Below, in pieces: positions 16,801-20,405 of a DNA stretch of 20,405 nt. Source of the stretch: a virus (lineage: Duplodnaviria; Heunggongvirae; Uroviricota; Caudoviricetes). A model generated the notes under the pieces. It was not told the DNA's origin, did not search any database, and saw nothing but the letters and a program-made list of their open reading frames with translations. The stretch is from positions 1 through 20,405 of the IMG/VR virus record IMGVR_UViG_3300029544_000210; one strand, given 5' to 3'. The position numbers and the translations under genes are program-made. Position 1 is the first letter of the stretch, and each line of letters begins with the position of its first letter.

Positions 16801-17163
16801 AGCATTTTTAGCTGCAATAATCATATGACAATTTGCTCTATCTTTCTCTTTCCTATCTTTTACCCAATAAACTTCAGAAGAATGAATATATTTCAGATGT
16901 TCACTCTCTGCGACCTTATATACTTGAAACTGATTGCCTTGTGAACCATGTTCTCCAGAATATAAACATTTTGCACCAAATTCATGAATTCTTTCTGCAT
17001 AGGCATTAATAGATTCAGCACAATCTGGTGTAGATGTATTACTAAAATCTTTATGACAATGATAATTTTCAAGATATAGATTCTTTTCATATTCTTCTGG
17101 TGAATATGGGAACTTAAATGTAAGAGTAGGAATTATTTTTTTTATTAATTCAATGTCCGAAAT
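13867..17163 (-). CDS. dnaE: DNA polymerase III alpha subunit (DnaE-type, SPbeta YorL-like); start ATT at 17163 or GTG/ATG at 17190/17187
   Basis: PHP domain (YHCH, EHG, LEVQ, DSH), SRGSAA, PDIDL, HACG, KEDFL, YQE and FNSPHA motifs. Confidence 0.93.
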   Translation of the reverse strand: MSDIELIKKIIPTLTFKFPYSPEEYEKNLYLENYHCHKDFSNTSTPDCAESINAYAERIHEFGAKCLYSGEHGSQGNQFQVYKVAESEHLKYIHSSEVYWVKDRKEKDRANCHMIIAAKNAEGRGDINFALSMANIDGYYYKPRIDLELLFNIPKDNVIVTSACVAGWNYEDAEDIWLKVHKYFGDNFFLEVQYHNTDKQKELNKKILRIAKEHNIQIICGLDSHYVKDENSIKRDQILKYKNINYPDEEGWYLDYPDTKTVIKRFEKQGVLNREEIYRAIMNTNVFISECEEIVLDRKFKIPSVYKNKTYKEKCKIYKDTLNKAYAKEKEKSKEKANGIRYEAKQVMEAGVVDYFLTSKAIVDDAIQNEGGILTTTSRGSAASFITNKLLGLTTVDRFNADIPIYPERFLTKERVLAGQMPDIDLNVATQEPFVKAARKLLGEHGCYPLMAIEKLKEKAAWQLYAGANDVKPEDANQISKYLDEYNKALKYADDDEKEDIHVEDYIPEEYISLFKQSNEYQGITINLKVHACGHFIFDGDIRREVGLISAVSGSTGKRTVCAAIEGGYLDEFGYVKEDFLIVDSVYLTYKFFHSIGMEVPTFDELRHMIDNDKKTWDIYANGITCCVNQCEKEATTNRVKKYKPQNLAELSSFIAAIRPGFASLLSTFLNREPYTTGEKKIDDLLSDTAHFMIYQESIMKVLSFLQLQMGETYGVIKSISKKKLKGEKKEHLLSELNHSWNDEFGNTDNFKNVWNVIEDSARYAFNSPHAYSMGGDSAYQAWFKAHHTKTFYEVAINHYQEKNKKDKIDALVKEAIKFWGYKLGDYEFGADNRRVTISEENKLIYPNLSSVKGFGEGVVDTLYELGQKEYETFTGVLTALFSNSINKTIVNKLIRINYFKKYGDVNTLLEITRYYDLLNGAKQIAKDKAEKNNLPFDVLEKYGNETAKQFNKLDSNKIINELISKIPYRELTLKERLDNQREVLGIVSDSDSKVSKRLYYVSELDIKKSIVNVHLFEIYSGKTRDVKMWTSQYNRNPFDLGSVLYIISLEKKNKKEPTGEINPQTGKKIYKEVPDKFEFWLSKFAIKNDIEEDEDDI

Positions 17164-17164
17164 A

Positions 17165-18769
17165 TCAAGCCACCTCCTTAATCTCATCACACACTGCTTT
17201 TAAAACAAATTTTCTACCCAGAAAGCCACTATCAAGAGTACATACAACCTCTAATTCATCGTTCATCATACTATGATCTTCCATTTCATCAAATGAACCA
17301 TCAAAATTCCACTTGATAATCTGTAAATAATCATTGGGTTTTACAACCAAATGTTTATAATCACTCATTTGTCCAATTTCGTATTCATTTATTCCATTGA
17401 TAAATACCTTTACTGGCTTAAAATTTGTTCCAGATATTCTATCTATCTTCTTTATATTCTCCACAAGCTTACGAGTAATATCAGAAACATCTAATCGAAT
17501 ATCAACATCCACTGAAACATCAGTATTTAATTCTGGAAGAGTTTCTTCTATATATAATGTAAATCTATCTATATCAGATTTTTCGATTGTGATTCCTGCC
17601 GCAAGTTCATGACCATCACATTTTGCTAAACCACTCTCATTACATATTTTTCTAAAGTCATCCACTCCTACAGCCCTCATAGAACCAGAGTAATTTTCTC
17701 CTGTATCTTTCAATACAAGGATTGGCTTTTGATACTTTTCTAGTAATTTATTGCCCAACAAACCACTGATACCATATGGAGTATTTATATATGTAATAAT
17801 CATTTTTTTATCTGATTGCAAATTGCATTGTTCCAATACATCTGGTAACAATCTATCAACTTCAACATTCTGATCTTCCTTACATTTTTTTAATTCCTTT
17901 ACATAAGCCAATACTTGCTTATTTTCATTTTCCAAAAAGGCTTTCATAGCCACATCATTCTTACCCATACGGTTACTTGCATTTACAATAGGAGCGACAC
18001 TAAAAGCAATAGCTGTACTGTTAAATTCAAATCCACCAACTATCTTCTTAACTGCTAGATTATATATTTTCTCCAATCCCTTAGAGACAATATATCTATT
18101 CTCCATAACAGTCATATCCATCATATCTCCAACGATTCCACAAGCTGCTAAATCAACAAGTTCGTCTGCATAATCTGTAATATATTGCTCATCAAGATAT
18201 TTGCAAAACTTCCATACGACACCTGCTCCTGATAACTGTGGATTCTCATAATTTCTTTGCGAAGATACTAAAATTGAAACTTCATCATATGGTTCATTCT
18301 CTTTAATTGCATGATGATCAAGGATAATTATGTCTACCCCTATCTCTTTCAGCTTTTTATATTGAGAAATATCTTTATCCAAGCTATCTACAATAATCAA
18401 TAAATCAATTCCATTGAACTGAGCTAAATCTTGTCCTATCAAACCATGCATCTTACCTTCATCTATATAAGTCTTAATGTTATTAGTAAAATGCTTTAGA
18501 TATCTTGTCATTTCTGTTCCAGACGTAATACCATCTAAATCAGTATCAAACAAAATTCCTATACATTCATTGTTTGTAATTGCAAAGTCTACTCTTTGAT
18601 ATGCTTCATCTATACGAGATAATGAATCTAATGGTAATAAATCTTCTTCTGTTGGATTTAAGAAATGTTCAACATTTTCAACCCCTCTTTGATTAAGAAT
18701 CGTATCAAATACTTCATCTTCATACATTCCACGACAATCGTTTAATATTTTATAATTCGTCTTCGTCAT
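17165..18769 (-). CDS. recJ: RecJ-like DHH-family ssDNA exonuclease (YorK-like)
   Basis: DTDLDG, IIVDS, ILDHH, LSGAGV, GSMR and GHELAAG motifs. Confidence 0.92.
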   Translation of the reverse strand: MTKTNYKILNDCRGMYEDEVFDTILNQRGVENVEHFLNPTEEDLLPLDSLSRIDEAYQRVDFAITNNECIGILFDTDLDGITSGTEMTRYLKHFTNNIKTYIDEGKMHGLIGQDLAQFNGIDLLIIVDSLDKDISQYKKLKEIGVDIIILDHHAIKENEPYDEVSILVSSQRNYENPQLSGAGVVWKFCKYLDEQYITDYADELVDLAACGIVGDMMDMTVMENRYIVSKGLEKIYNLAVKKIVGGFEFNSTAIAFSVAPIVNASNRMGKNDVAMKAFLENENKQVLAYVKELKKCKEDQNVEVDRLLPDVLEQCNLQSDKKMIITYINTPYGISGLLGNKLLEKYQKPILVLKDTGENYSGSMRAVGVDDFRKICNESGLAKCDGHELAAGITIEKSDIDRFTLYIEETLPELNTDVSVDVDIRLDVSDITRKLVENIKKIDRISGTNFKPVKVFINGINEYEIGQMSDYKHLVVKPNDYLQIIKWNFDGSFDEMEDHSMMNDELEVVCTLDSGFLGRKFVLKAVCDEIKEVA

Positions 18770-19778
18770 CCTCATCTCCAATCATTGTTATCTCATTTTG
18801 TAAAATATTTTCTAAACACTCTTTTCCTAAATCAGATGGCGAAACTTTATTCTCATATCCTCGACCGAAGTAACTCCAATATCCAAGTTCAACTTCTGTA
18901 AACCTGGAATAATTTTTAACCATATCAATATTTCTCATAATATTTTCAAGTCCATATCCTACATCATGTAGGAAGATTATTCGTTTGGGATTTAATTCGA
19001 GAAGCATTTTGACTTGTTGAATAGAAATAGATCCGCTTCCAAGAGACACGCAATTTCTTATTCCGTATGAATAGCACTGCATACAACTCTTCTCAGCTTC
19101 AAAGATATAGATAGTATTATCTACTAAAAATTCATAGTTCTGAGAATATCCAAATAATGTTTGGCTCATACTGCAAGGAACAGCATAAAAATATTTCATT
19201 TCACCATCAGGAACATCATAATTGAATCGTTCCTTAACACCCATTAACTGTCCAAATTGATTTCTTATGGGAATAACAATTCCTTGTGATTCTACATCGT
19301 ACTTTATGTTAAAAAATTTTTGTGAAAGAAGTGATATATTATCAGCAAGAAACCTTGTATTCCCACAATTAACATAGCAATCTAAGATGGAATCATCGTA
19401 TGTATTAACTTTATTAGTTCTTCGCTTTCTAATCTTTTCATAAAATCCTCCAAAAATTCCTTTATTATCAAAAAAATCATAATAATCTGTAATCCCTAAT
19501 GCATGTCTTACTTCATTAAGGACATCTATAAATTCAACTTTTCTTTGCTCGATAATATATGAAAAAATATCTTTTCTTATATTTCTCGCATAATCAATGG
19601 TGTATAAATACTCGTTATTTTCAAGATTGATTACTATACTTTTCTTTGATGACTTTTCATCTCGTCCAAAAGATATATATTTAGGACGAATTACTATGTT
19701 ACAATAGCCAAAATGTTCTAACACATCTTTAAGCTTATCTGGGTGATTTATCAGTTCTTTCTTAATATCTGCTAACAT
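18750..19778 (-). CDS. Phage DNA primase (TOPRIM, YorJ-like)
   Basis: IVIPIRNQFGQLMGVKER, KYF, LFG and IFEAEKS motifs. Lies between the helicase and RecJ. Confidence 0.82.
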   Translation of the reverse strand: MLADIKKELINHPDKLKDVLEHFGYCNIVIRPKYISFGRDEKSSKKSIVINLENNEYLYTIDYARNIRKDIFSYIIEQRKVEFIDVLNEVRHALGITDYYDFFDNKGIFGGFYEKIRKRRTNKVNTYDDSILDCYVNCGNTRFLADNISLLSQKFFNIKYDVESQGIVIPIRNQFGQLMGVKERFNYDVPDGEMKYFYAVPCSMSQTLFGYSQNYEFLVDNTIYIFEAEKSCMQCYSYGIRNCVSLGSGSISIQQVKMLLELNPKRIIFLHDVGYGLENIMRNIDMVKNYSRFTEVELGYWSYFGRGYENKVSPSDLGKECLENILQNEITMIGDEDDEDEL

Positions 19779-19796
19779 ATATCACTCCAAAAGTTA

Positions 19797-20405
19797 TTAT
19801 TTTATTTCTCCATGTCGAGGTCTGCACTGTGCCACTTCACGGAATATACAATGATCTCCTGAAAACTTCAAAAGATATGCAATACCCGTATCACTAGAAT
19901 TATTTCCATTTCTTGTTTTCTCAACAAAAATCATACGCCATACGGCATTAGGATCAGGTTTATATTCTTCTTCTATCCATTTATCATTGACTTTTTTTAA
20001 TCGGAATGGGCGACAATAGAATTTACTCTTTTCATCCAATTCCTCTGCGTATACAGTTCTCATCAGAAATAGATTTTCCAATATTTCCTTAATCTGTTTA
20101 GCATTACTCAAACAGCTCGCATCCAAGAATAATTTTCCTTTCATATACTCTGCCAACTGCACAGAAGCAAGCATAATCAGATTGTATTTCATTGCTAATT
20201 TGTCTAATTCACGACTATCTCTTACAAGAGATAAGTCTTGTCTTGCAGATGAAAAATCTCCTTCTTGTATCTTAAATGTGTCATATAATACAGTGTCATA
20301 TCCATATCTCAATACATTTTCACGAATTTTTTTCTTTACAACTCGCATATCAGCATCATTGATAGAAATAAATTTAACTCTACCCTTATAATTCTCTCTC
20401 CAAAA
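19797..20405 (-). CDS. DnaB-like SF4 replicative helicase, C-terminal part (runs off the window)
   Basis: Frame open to the window edge; VLYDTFK (Walker B), ASVQL, AKQIKE and EKTRNG motifs. Upstream of the primase. Confidence 0.82.
   Translation of the reverse strand, partial: FWRENYKGRVKFISINDADMRVVKKKIRENVLRYGYDTVLYDTFKIQEGDFSSARQDLSLVRDSRELDKLAMKYNLIMLASVQLAEYMKGKLFLDASCLSNAKQIKEILENLFLMRTVYAEELDEKSKFYCRPFRLKKVNDKWIEEEYKPDPNAVWRMIFVEKTRNGNNSSDTGIAYLLKFSGDHCIFREVAQCRPRHGEIK

Larger units (their letters stand above)
1..20405 (-). mobile_element. Part of a large temperate phage/prophage (SPbeta-like replication and nucleotide-metabolism region)
   Basis: Helicase-primase-RecJ-DnaE order as in SPbeta yorI-L, dense co-oriented small ORFs, nucleotide-metabolism genes and a terminal xis. 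Confidence 0.85.

Noticed and set aside
3213..17090. Alternative-frame minus ORFs 3213-3470, 6094-6285 and 16893-17090
   Set aside because: Each is fully nested in nrdG, gmk or dnaE with no independent support.
3480..17190. Inteins or introns in nrdD, ligA or dnaE
   Set aside because: Lengths are ordinary, frames are uninterrupted and no splice motifs were seen.
493..20391. All plus-strand ORFs in the track (e.g. 493-762, 11730-12044, 13819-14187, 16060-16470)
   Set aside because: They are antisense shadows of well-supported minus-strand genes and have no recognisable motifs.
1..20405. Stop-codon reassignment
   Set aside because: Long genes are intact under code 11, and TAA, TAG and TGA all terminate conserved genes at the expected ends.

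Overview
AT-rich, gene-dense segment of a large temperate Firmicutes (Clostridia/Lachnospiraceae-like, SPbeta-like architecture) phage or prophage, with essentially all genes on the minus strand. In transcription order (right to left) it carries a replication module (DnaB-like helicase C-terminus, TOPRIM primase, RecJ, DnaE polymerase, ERCC4 nuclease), then an accessory block (Cys-rich protein, tRNA-like RNA, NadR/AAA_28-like kinase, small membrane proteins, beta-helix repeat protein, YccA/Bax inhibitor-1). A nucleotide-metabolism block follows (ThyX, NAD ligase, HPr-like, guanylate kinase, NrdD/NrdG, dUTPase), ending in a Tn916-Xis-like excisionase. Three sequence-level oddities stand out. 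(1) A ~187-nt tRNA-shaped RNA has a degenerate tRNA-Asn(GTT) nested where its anticodon arm should be. (2) A repeated GAAA-N6-TTTC site sits at gene boundaries; twice it lies exactly 20 bp from a 23-bp AAACCCTT..AAGGGTTT-type palindrome, once associated with an 87-bp in-frame insertion in nrdG. (3) Several genes have strong Shine-Dalgarno sequences pointing at ACG or ATT codons rather than NTG. All calls are by eye; no searches were run.
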